A stretch of 64,000 nt of DNA, taken from NCBI GenBank assembly GCA_902800355.1, contig CADCEE010000003.1:662-64661 (forward strand), read 5' to 3'. This document shows positions 55,721 through 62,970 of this stretch, one piece after another (positions within the stretch are counted from its first letter, which is position 1; each line of letters starts with the position of its first letter). A program made the translations under genes and the position numbers. The notes under the pieces are model-generated. The model saw only the letters and a list, made by a program, of their open reading frames with translations, was not told where the DNA came from and searched no databases. The DNA comes from an uncultured Erysipelotrichaceae bacterium (GTDB lineage: Bacteria > Bacillota_I > Bacilli_A > RFN20 > CAG-826).

Positions 55721-55960
55721 TATTTCTTCAGCTTCAATAAAATCAACCCAGCTTCCATAGTCATAATTTCTTTTTGTTTCAGAAGTGTGAATTATTCTAA
55801 CGTAAGGAACTTTTCTTTTTATATCATCGGGCAATATTTCTAATGGATTTATATTATCAATGTTTTCTTCCTCAACGGTTGCCGTCTTGTACACTATTTG
55901 TATTCCATAAACGCTTCCTCTACCCCATTTTAAAATGAATCTTTTCATGTTATTTATCAT
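55706..55960 (-). CDS. hypothetical 84-aa protein, translationally coupled to the DUF1016 gene
   Basis: Overlaps the 3' end of the DUF1016 gene by 11 nt. I recognise no family. Coding status rests on ORF length and the operon context only. Confidence 0.35.
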   Translation of the reverse strand: MINNMKRFILKWGRGSVYGIQIVYKTATVEEENIDNINPLEILPDDIKRKVPYVRIIHTSETKRNYDYGSWVDFIEAEEIKQKD

Positions 55961-56960
55961 CGCTTTCTTCTAATTCATCAATTGTTGGAAGAGATGATTT
56001 GTATTTTTCTGGAATCAAATTTGATAATTGATATTCGGATATGCCAACTGGTAAACCTACCCCATTAATTATGTGTTTAGCTAATGAATTGTCTTTGTTC
56101 TTACAAACCAAAATTCCAACTGTTTTGTTATCTATTTCACCCTTTAGTGTTGCGTCAATAGCGGCGACATAGCCAATTAGTTGTCCCATATGTTCTGGCT
56201 TGAATTGACCAGTTTTAATTTCTATCACTACATAGCAATGTGCTTTAATGTTATAAAACAATAAATCGCAATACATTTCGGTGTCGCCTAGTAGCAAGCG
56301 AACTTCTTTTCCAACATACGCAAATCCATTTCCTAATTCCAAAAGGAATGATTCAATATGCTTTGTCAGTTCATCTTTTAACTCCTTTTCGTCGTAATTT
56401 TCTCTTATTGCTAGAAAATCAAACTCATAAGGATCCTTCATTATTTGATTTGTTATTTCGATATTAACAGATGGTAGCGATACTTTAAAATTATCTACAG
56501 TGTTTTGATTTCTTTCAAAAACATTTGCTAATATGCGACTTTCCAAATCATATCTAGACAAATTGTTTTCAACTGTTGTTTTGATATAGAACAAACTTTT
56601 CTCTATTGTCTTGCATTTATCAATGATGATTCTATGGTGCCCCCAAGGTACTAATAGCAATTGTTCCACAACTTGTGGGAAAATATGTTTATACAGAGTA
56701 TAAAATTTTTCCGCATATCTCAGATTTTGATGATTTAATCCTTTGGCGTTAGGAATAGCCTTTTTAAGTTCAATGCTCAACAAATCATAGAAATGATTTC
56801 CGTAACTTGCTTTGAATGATGTTTTAGAAATCTCTTTACCTAATTCGTAATAGAATTTAATTAGATTACTGTTGACATGGATAGCGGCTTTAATTTGAGC
56901 CTTTTTATAATTTTGGGAAAGGCTTTCAACCCATTTTTGAAATTTTGTGTCGATCAACAT
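55950..56960 (-). CDS. DUF1016/YhcG-family PD-(D/E)XK nuclease
   Basis: YhcG N-terminal domain (ELGKEI...YGNHFYDLLSIELKK...NLRYAEKFY) and C-terminal nuclease core GFAYVGKEVRLLLGDTEMYCDLLFYNIKAHCYVVIEIKTGQFKPEHMGQLIGY. taggagg RBS. Confidence 0.85.
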   Translation of the reverse strand: MLIDTKFQKWVESLSQNYKKAQIKAAIHVNSNLIKFYYELGKEISKTSFKASYGNHFYDLLSIELKKAIPNAKGLNHQNLRYAEKFYTLYKHIFPQVVEQLLLVPWGHHRIIIDKCKTIEKSLFYIKTTVENNLSRYDLESRILANVFERNQNTVDNFKVSLPSVNIEITNQIMKDPYEFDFLAIRENYDEKELKDELTKHIESFLLELGNGFAYVGKEVRLLLGDTEMYCDLLFYNIKAHCYVVIEIKTGQFKPEHMGQLIGYVAAIDATLKGEIDNKTVGILVCKNKDNSLAKHIINGVGLPVGISEYQLSNLIPEKYKSSLPTIDELEESDDK

Positions 56961-57002
56961 TGTTTTATCCTCCTATATCATCGACAAGGTGATTTAGAAG
57001 GA

Positions 57003-57332
57003 AATAAAAACCATCCAACCTAAAACACCTTTTGTAACTAACTGCTGATATCCCTATCAACCATAGTTACTGGTGTTTCATCACTGATTCAGTTGGATGG
57101 CCTCTGATTCAAATATTAACTATTTGTGTGGAGCGTGGATAATAATGTGTGAGCATTCATTGTTTTCTGCTCTCCTAACACATTAAGTTATCTTCTGGGC
57201 GATGCTTTCCACAATGCAAGATCCTAACACATCCAATCTTGCAGTCTCTATTAGGGTGCCCTATCGTGTACCTGCGTATGGTCGACTTTGTTTATAACTA
57301 GTTCATAGCGCCGATAGTCTGCTAATAGATAC
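57003..57332 (-). ncRNA. candidate structured RNA of about 330 nt (independent ncRNA or long regulatory leader of the DUF1016 operon)
   Basis: No ORF of 60 aa or more on either strand. The minus-strand promoter at 57339-57367 points into it. It has six hand-found helices, including three nested ones. It ends in a 90-nt hairpin (57011-57100, GGGA apical loop on the minus strand) followed by TTTTTATTT. Higher G+C than the flanks (27/60 in 57241-57300 by hand count). Confidence 0.4.
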
Positions 57333-57338
57333 TTTTTT

Positions 57339-57367
57339 ATAATAACATTTACTATAATTATTCTCAA
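57339..57367 (-). promoter_or_regulatory. promoter for the structured RNA / DUF1016 unit
   Basis: On the minus strand: TTGAGA (plus coordinates 57362-57367), 17-nt spacer, TATTAT (57339-57344). The first helix starts about 10 nt downstream. Confidence 0.45.
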
Positions 57368-57630
57368 TTAATTTATTAATAAATTATTGTATTAAATAAC
57401 ATTGAACATAGAGTGCTACATGGAATTTGGGTCACAGGTTGTGACCTAATTTCATTTATTAATAAATTATTGTATTTAAATGATATTTGAATATATGTTG
57501 CTCCACGGAATTTTGAGAACAGGTTGTTCCCCAATTTCATTTATTAATAAATTATTGCATTTAAATGATGTTTGAATATATGACGCTCCATAGAATTTGG
57601 TGCACAGTCCGTGCACTAATTTCATTTTCA
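57364..57630. repeat. three tandem 83-85 bp repeats plus a truncated fourth start
   Basis: The conserved block atttattaataaattattg starts at 57371, 57454 and 57539, with a partial copy at 57624. Each unit ends in a hairpin: ggtcaca/tgtgacc (57430-57446), gagaaca/tgttccc (57515-57531), gtgcac/gtgcac (57600-57616). Confidence 0.9.
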
Positions 57631-57648
57631 AAGCAAAAATTAAATTCT

Positions 57649-57680
57649 AGCAATCTTGAGCTATATACAATTGCTTTTTT
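57649..57680. terminator. bidirectional terminator-like hairpin
   Basis: agcaat/attgct stem, 15-nt loop, flanked by ttttttaaaaaa. Confidence 0.55.
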
Positions 57681-57692
57681 AAAAAATGTTTA

Positions 57693-57735
57693 AGAGGGTT
57701 GATAGATAACATCGCCCTAGCCTTTTTTATTTCTT
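57693..57735 (+). repeat. possible fourth, degenerate copy of the R-type hairpin repeat
   Basis: agagggttgata...ccttttttatttcttt shares the AGGxTTGATA 5' arm and the CCTTTTTTATTT tail with R2/R3. Folds as aggg(t)-gat/atc-g-ccct plus a T-run. Confidence 0.35.
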
Positions 57736-57768
57736 TATTTTTACTTCAGTATTAGAATAGTTGAGAAT

Positions 57769-58398
57769 ATGAAATATCTTGTTATTATCTCAACTTTATT
57801 TGTAATTGGCTCATTAATTGGCTGGGTTATTGAATTATTCTTCAGAAGATTTGTTTCGCAGCACAAATGGATGAATCCTGGTTTTTTAATGGGACCATAT
57901 TTACCAATATATGGCTTTGGAGTCATTGTCTTATATGCGGTTAGTAATATTCCTTTAGGAATTACTAATCACGCAGTTGATATTGTTGTTCGTATTCTAA
58001 TTATCGGAGTAGGGATGACAGTTGTGGAATTTTTAGCGGGATTAATATTTATTAAAGGTTTAAAAGTTAAGCTTTGGGATTATAGTGATCGTAAAGGAAA
58101 TATTATGGGTATTATTTGCCCTTCGTTTTCTTTAATTTGGTTAGCGGTTGGATCCCTATATTATTTCCTAATTAATCCGTTTTTAGTAAGTGGAATTTCC
58201 TGGATTAGTGAAAATTTAATTTACACTTATTTTGTAGGAGCAGTTATAGGAGCGATGGTGGTGGATTTTGCTTATTCAATCCACTTAGCCACTAAAGCAA
58301 AATATTATAAAGAACTTGCTGACTTAAGATTTGAAGACTTCAAAAAAGAATTACGAAATAGAATTAAACAACTCCGTAAAACAAAAGAAGATATCTAG
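57769..58398 (+). CDS. polytopic membrane protein (putative ABC-transporter type IV / DUF1113-like family)
   Basis: IGSLIGWVIELFFRR...NPGFLMGPYLPIYGFG pattern typical of that family, from memory. About 6 TM. Confidence 0.55.
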   Translation: MKYLVIISTLFVIGSLIGWVIELFFRRFVSQHKWMNPGFLMGPYLPIYGFGVIVLYAVSNIPLGITNHAVDIVVRILIIGVGMTVVEFLAGLIFIKGLKVKLWDYSDRKGNIMGIICPSFSLIWLAVGSLYYFLINPFLVSGISWISENLIYTYFVGAVIGAMVVDFAYSIHLATKAKYYKELADLRFEDFKKELRNRIKQLRKTKEDI

Positions 58399-58442
58399 TT
58401 TTAAAGTTGATATTGGAGTAACGATTTTTATAAAATAAAACC

Positions 58443-59894
58443 ATGACGAAAACAAAGAAAATCTGCTTGTTATTTGTTTTAGCTAGCTTAGTATCATTTT
58501 CTTCATGCTCTACTACTAGCAATAATCCAGAAATAGTGGATCCAGGCGACCCAGTCGACCCTATTGAACCTGTTGACCCAGTTGAACCAGATGATTACAA
58601 AGTAATTGAAAACATTTCTAAAAGAATGCCAGCGGAATTTGAACCCGTTAGTAGAATTAAAATGTGTTATCCAAATAACATGCCTTTAAGCGTCTATAAA
58701 GAAATTGCTAAAGATAACAAAATTCTTTTACTTGTTAATCCTGATAGCCGAAATAAATCGAGAATTAATGAAGCAAAATCATCTTTTAATGATGAAGGAA
58801 TTAATTTAGACAATGTGACATTTGTTGATATGAATATAGATGACGATTATAGCTATTGGGTAAGAGATTTTTCTCCGTTTTATGTTTTTAATAATTTAGA
58901 TCTATCAATTGTGGATTTTAATTATAATCGTCCATATAGAACAGAGCAAAATGACGTTTCTATTAAGCTTTCTAATTATTTAGATATGAGTTATACAAAA
59001 ATGAATCTCACTCATACAGGTGGCAATTTAATGCAAGACGGAAGGTTTACTGCTTTTAGTGATGATTTAGTGGTCCAAGAAAATAGTAATAATGCGACTA
59101 AAGTTAAAACGAGTATGAAAAATTATTGTGGAGTTGATAACTATGCTATCACTATTGATCCACAAGGTGATTATATCGCCCATATAGATTGCTGGGGGAA
59201 AATAGTAGCGCCTGATAAGATAATCGTGGCTAAATTACCGGCTACAAATTCTCGCTATGATTATTATGAACAAGTGGCAGAAGAATTAGGAAAATTGAAA
59301 TGTATTTATGGATATAATTACCGCATTTATCGAATTGATGAACCAGGTGGAGAAGTTGTTGCTCCATATACTAATTCATTAATTGCGAATAAACACGTCT
59401 ATATGCCTTTAGGAGATAATTCTTCCTATAATCAAAAGGCTCTCAAAGTCTATCAAGAAGCTTTACCAGGATATATAGTTCATGGAGTTAAAGGGTATGA
59501 TAGTTCCTCATATAATGCTTTTTTAAATACTGACGCGCTTCATTGCCGCACTCATGAGATTCCTAATAGCAATATGCTTTTTATTGATTCTAGAGAAGTG
59601 CTTAATGGGACGGTTGCTATAGCAGAAAAATATTTAGTGAAAACAAATATAGTTAGCTATGCTAAACAAGACATTAAAAACGTTGATATCTTTTACTCTA
59701 TTAATGGCGCTGATTATATAAAAGATGAAATGATACAATTTAAAGAAACATCAAATTATTTATATACATTTTCTAATCTTAATAGTGGTGACTCGGTCAA
59801 ATATTATATTGAAGCAAGTGATGAAGCAAATAATAAAAATGTGGATCCTACTTGCGGTAAATTAGATCCACATTCATTTACTATTTCTTCTTAG
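58443..59894 (+). CDS. lipoprotein with agmatine deiminase/peptidyl-arginine deiminase-like (PAD_porph) domain
   Basis: Lipobox SFSSC. Pro/Asp/Val linker. MPAEFEPVSRIKMCYP, WVRDFSPFYV, HIDCWGKIV, catalytic-Cys region DALHCRTHE. Extra C-terminal domain. Confidence 0.75.
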   Translation: MTKTKKICLLFVLASLVSFSSCSTTSNNPEIVDPGDPVDPIEPVDPVEPDDYKVIENISKRMPAEFEPVSRIKMCYPNNMPLSVYKEIAKDNKILLLVNPDSRNKSRINEAKSSFNDEGINLDNVTFVDMNIDDDYSYWVRDFSPFYVFNNLDLSIVDFNYNRPYRTEQNDVSIKLSNYLDMSYTKMNLTHTGGNLMQDGRFTAFSDDLVVQENSNNATKVKTSMKNYCGVDNYAITIDPQGDYIAHIDCWGKIVAPDKIIVAKLPATNSRYDYYEQVAEELGKLKCIYGYNYRIYRIDEPGGEVVAPYTNSLIANKHVYMPLGDNSSYNQKALKVYQEALPGYIVHGVKGYDSSSYNAFLNTDALHCRTHEIPNSNMLFIDSREVLNGTVAIAEKYLVKTNIVSYAKQDIKNVDIFYSINGADYIKDEMIQFKETSNYLYTFSNLNSGDSVKYYIEASDEANNKNVDPTCGKLDPHSFTISS

Positions 59895-60687
59895 ATAATA
59901 ATATCTTCTTAATGATCCAGTTTTGTAATCTATCTGGCAAAATGTTAAGCAATAATAGAAGCTTGTTACGATTTATTTTATAGACGTATTTAGGCTTCTT
60001 TTTCTTTAAAATCTTATAAGTTAGATTAGCAATTTTTTCTGGAGGAATCTTTCTAGCTTCTACTTTATTGGTGATATCCATAAATTTATTAGCGTTATAT
60101 TTATATAATTCAGTAGAGCCAGAAAACCTTTTTATGCCACTTGTGGAATCGTCTAATAAGGTTGTATTAACCGCTCCTGGGCGAATAACAATTACTTGTT
60201 TATTTAATAACTGTAATTCCATTCTTAAAGAATAAGCATATTTTTCTATTGTGGACTTGGTGATGCCGTATATCCCAGTAAAAGGAAGTGGATCTAATGG
60301 GGCTAATTCACTAGATACAACAATGACTTTCCCTCTTTCCTTTAATAAAGGAAGATAGATTTTATTTAGCCTATAAATTGCAAAAACATTAATGTCAAAG
60401 ATTCTAATAAATGCTTCTTCAGACATTTCCACTAGTGAGTTAACGTCATAAATACCCGCCATAGAAATAATAGCCTCAATCTCTTTAACTTTATGAGACA
60501 CTTCAATGTAACTTGTTTCTATCGACTTTAAATCTCTTAAATCAGTTTTGATATAAGTGAGGTCTTTAATTTCTTCTTTCGGGGCTTTAATATCTAAACC
60601 AAAAACATGATAACCGTTTTCAATTAATTTCTTAGCGGTGGTTAGTCCCATACCGCCAGAGACACCAGATAAGACAACATATTTCAT
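59881..60687 (-). CDS. SDR family oxidoreductase
   Basis: LSGVSGGMGLTTAKKL Rossmann motif, catalytic YGITKSTIEKY. I chose the start at MKYVVLSG (60687); the ORF extends to 60723. Confidence 0.83.
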   Translation of the reverse strand: MKYVVLSGVSGGMGLTTAKKLIENGYHVFGLDIKAPKEEIKDLTYIKTDLRDLKSIETSYIEVSHKVKEIEAIISMAGIYDVNSLVEMSEEAFIRIFDINVFAIYRLNKIYLPLLKERGKVIVVSSELAPLDPLPFTGIYGITKSTIEKYAYSLRMELQLLNKQVIVIRPGAVNTTLLDDSTSGIKRFSGSTELYKYNANKFMDITNKVEARKIPPEKIANLTYKILKKKKPKYVYKINRNKLLLLLNILPDRLQNWIIKKILLSKKK

Positions 60688-60764
60688 ATTTCTATTATAT
60701 AGGAGAGTAAATATATAGTGCATAATAGTAATTATTTGCTAAAATAGATAATCGATATTCGATT

Positions 60765-61391
60765 ATGAGTGCACAAATAATTCTCTTGGTTATCTATTTA
60801 GGATTAGCGTTAGCAATGGATGCTTTTGCGGTTTCTATTACGGACGGCTTAGTTTATAAAGATATCAATAAAAAGAAGGCTTTATTTATCGCTACCACAT
60901 TTGGAGTGATGCAAGCAGTAATGCCTTTAATTGGCTATTGGCTAGTAGAGGTTATTGAAGTAGCGGTGGGCAATGATAAATACGCGAGTATAATGGCCCT
61001 AGTGGTCACTTGGCTTGCCTTTGCTTTATTAATATTTATTGGTTTAAAGATGTTACTTGAAGGCATAAAAGAATTAAGAAAGCCATTAGAAGAAAAGAAA
61101 GTCAAATTATTCTCTTATAAAGAAGTACTTATTATGGGTGTTGCTACCGCGATTGACGCTTTAGCATCAGGGGTAGCGTTACACTCTAATATGTCTAATA
61201 ATGTCACTATTTGGTTACATGTTTCTATAATCTTAGTTATCACATTTATCCTATCTTTAGTTGGAGTGATACTTGGAAAACAAATTGTTAAATTATTTAA
61301 AGGCAAATATGAGATCACTCAAATTATTGGTGGATGTATTCTTTTAACTCTTGCTGTTTGGGTGGTTTTATCACATTACTTAGGTATATAA
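60765..61391 (+). CDS. mntP: manganese efflux pump MntP family protein
   Basis: LALAMDAFAVSITDGL and the second-half repeat ATAIDALASGVAL. 6 TM. Confidence 0.82.
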   Translation: MSAQIILLVIYLGLALAMDAFAVSITDGLVYKDINKKKALFIATTFGVMQAVMPLIGYWLVEVIEVAVGNDKYASIMALVVTWLAFALLIFIGLKMLLEGIKELRKPLEEKKVKLFSYKEVLIMGVATAIDALASGVALHSNMSNNVTIWLHVSIILVITFILSLVGVILGKQIVKLFKGKYEITQIIGGCILLTLAVWVVLSHYLGI

Positions 61392-61405
61392 AAGAAGGTT
61401 AAAAT

Positions 61406-62968
61406 ATGAATAAGATAAAAATTACACTTACTGGGGCTAGTGGAAATATGGGAGAAAGGATTTTTGCTTATTTGCTCCCTGAAGAATATATCGAAGAAAT
61501 TAGAATTCTTGATCATGATAAAAAAGGCACAAAAAAGATTTTAAAAGCCAATAAGAAATATAGAAACAAAGTGAAAGTATTTGTTGGCTCATTAGCAAAT
61601 AAAAAAATTGTTAAAGAATTAATTAAAGACACTGACTATGTTATTAATTTAGCGGCCGCTATCCCTCCAGAAAGCGATAAACATCCAGATCACGCTATTG
61701 AAGTAAATGAAATTGGAGTCAAAGTGCTTGTTGAAGCTATCGAAGAGATAAAAGAACATCAACCAAAACTAATACACACTTCTACCGTGGGCTTATATGG
61801 AGATAGATGTGACAAACATTTATATGGAGAAGTTGGTGATCCATTATTAATTTCTCCTTTTGACATTTATGCTTTAACGAAGATGCGTGGAGAATTCATG
61901 GTCTTAGAATCTAGTATCACTAACTGGGCTGTGATTAGACAAACCGCGATGTTATATGACAAGATGCTCGCTAAAAATATTGACGATGGGTTAATGTTTC
62001 ACACTTGTGTGAACTCTCCTTTGGAATGGTCTACTGCTAGAACTAGTGCGACCTTATATAGAAATATCATTAGAGCGGATGTTAAAGGTGAATTAAATAC
62101 TGATAACTTCTGGAAACATTGTTTTAATTTAACAGGTGGAGAGAAAAGCCGTATTATCGGATTTGAAACCATGGAATTAGGTTTTAAGATGATAGGTGCT
62201 AATTTCTTTCAATTTTTTGAACCTAATTATAATGCGACAAGAAATTTCCATGGTTTATGGTACTCAGACGGGGATAAATTAGATAATTTGTTCCATTATG
62301 TTGGAGAGAATGCCTATGATTTCTGGGATAAAGTCGCTAAAGACCACAAATTATTCTCTTTAGGCCGTATTGTTCCTAAAAAATTACTTAAAGCATTTAT
62401 TATTAAACCTTTATTAAAAGATGATAACGCGCCTATGTATTGGTATAAGCATAAAGATGAAGCCAGAATGGTTGCTTATTTTGGTGGAAGCAAGAAATAT
62501 GAAGAATTACCAAAGAAGTGGGATGGCTTTAATATTTTATGTAAAGGTAGAGATCTAGACGGCAATAGTGTTGATTATGAATATTTAAGAACTCATCCTA
62601 CTAGACTAAATCATTTCTTTGATATTGATAAACCAAGAACCGAACTCTCGATTGATGATTTAAGAAAAGTTGCTGAGGCTCATGGTGGAAAATTAATTAC
62701 CAAAGAATTTAAGATGGGTGATATTTTTAAAAAAGTAGAATGGGAGACTCAAGACGGCGAAAGATTTATTGCCTCCCCACATACAGTTTTATATTGTGGT
62801 CACTGGTATAATGTGTCTTATAAAGAACATGCCTGGGATTTTGACCGCTTAAGCAAAAAAGATAAAATTTATGCGCAAGTTTGGTATGATAGACATGAGC
62901 AAAATGAAGACAATTATTACTATTTTGATGATAAATTCAACGCTCACTATAAAAAAATTAGGGAATAA
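61406..62968 (+). CDS. NAD-dependent epimerase/dehydratase family protein with C-terminal extension
   Basis: ITLTGASGNMG Rossmann motif, YALTK catalytic pair. About 190 aa of unassigned C-terminal domain. Confidence 0.6.
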   Translation: MNKIKITLTGASGNMGERIFAYLLPEEYIEEIRILDHDKKGTKKILKANKKYRNKVKVFVGSLANKKIVKELIKDTDYVINLAAAIPPESDKHPDHAIEVNEIGVKVLVEAIEEIKEHQPKLIHTSTVGLYGDRCDKHLYGEVGDPLLISPFDIYALTKMRGEFMVLESSITNWAVIRQTAMLYDKMLAKNIDDGLMFHTCVNSPLEWSTARTSATLYRNIIRADVKGELNTDNFWKHCFNLTGGEKSRIIGFETMELGFKMIGANFFQFFEPNYNATRNFHGLWYSDGDKLDNLFHYVGENAYDFWDKVAKDHKLFSLGRIVPKKLLKAFIIKPLLKDDNAPMYWYKHKDEARMVAYFGGSKKYEELPKKWDGFNILCKGRDLDGNSVDYEYLRTHPTRLNHFFDIDKPRTELSIDDLRKVAEAHGGKLITKEFKMGDIFKKVEWETQDGERFIASPHTVLYCGHWYNVSYKEHAWDFDRLSKKDKIYAQVWYDRHEQNEDNYYYFDDKFNAHYKKIRE

Positions 62969-62970
62969 CT

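Larger units (their letters stand above)
49588..57735. mobile_element. tRNA-Glu-adjacent accessory region (three cassettes, no integrase gene seen)
   Basis: Bounded and subdivided by related hairpin repeats R1 (49585), R2 (53074-53159), R3 (55615-55720) and a weaker fourth copy (57693-57735). Cargo is an R-M system, a MerR cassette, and the DUF1016 locus. Confidence 0.45.

Noticed and set aside
57011-57100. SRP RNA (ffs/4.5S-like). On the minus strand the long hairpin reads ACCAG...UGGU...GGGA tetraloop...AGCAG...AAAAGG, reminiscent of the E. coli 4.5S domain IV string ACCAGGUCAGGUCCGGAAGGAAGCAGCCAAGG.
   Set aside because: In the most stable fold the asymmetric loop is on the wrong side (1 nt on the 5' side, 4 nt on the 3' side). 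The helix lengths also differ from domain IV. The hairpin is followed by a T-run and embedded in a larger structured region, so it fits a terminator or 3' domain better. It should still be tested with the Rfam SRP models.
57135-57142. DnaA box (TTATCCACg on the minus strand), suggesting a replication origin
   Set aside because: There is a single 8/9 match, no cluster of boxes, no dnaA or dnaN nearby, and no AT-rich unwinding-element arrangement.
57260-57315. Group II intron domain V (gcgtatg ... catagcgc helix resembling the GCCGUAU/ACGGU pattern)
   Set aside because: The loop is 23 nt instead of a GNRA tetraloop, the AGC triad context is absent, and there are no intron 5' GUGYG end or RT/maturase remnants.
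57364-57630. CRISPR array
   Set aside because: The conserved part is about 65 nt and AT-rich, while the variable part is only about 20 nt and is itself a hairpin. There are only three units and no cas genes in the window. The geometry is the opposite of a repeat-spacer array.
57449-57700. Small peptides encoded in the repeats: plus strand MIFEYMLLHGILRTGCSPISFINKLLHLNDV and MMFEYMTLHRIWCTVRALISF..., minus strand (M/V)E(R/Q)HIFK(H/Y)HLN(A/T)IIY
   Set aside because: None has a Shine-Dalgarno sequence, and unit 1 does not keep either frame. The variable hairpin would make the peptide sequence erratic. A type I toxin cannot be excluded entirely, but the evidence is poor.
57364-58398. Type III toxin-antitoxin (ToxIN-like) locus: tandem RNA repeats, a terminator, then a downstream gene
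   Set aside because: The downstream gene (57769-58398) encodes a polytopic membrane protein of a widespread family, not a ToxN/AbiEii-like RNase. The repeats (83-85 nt) are much longer than known type III antitoxin repeats.
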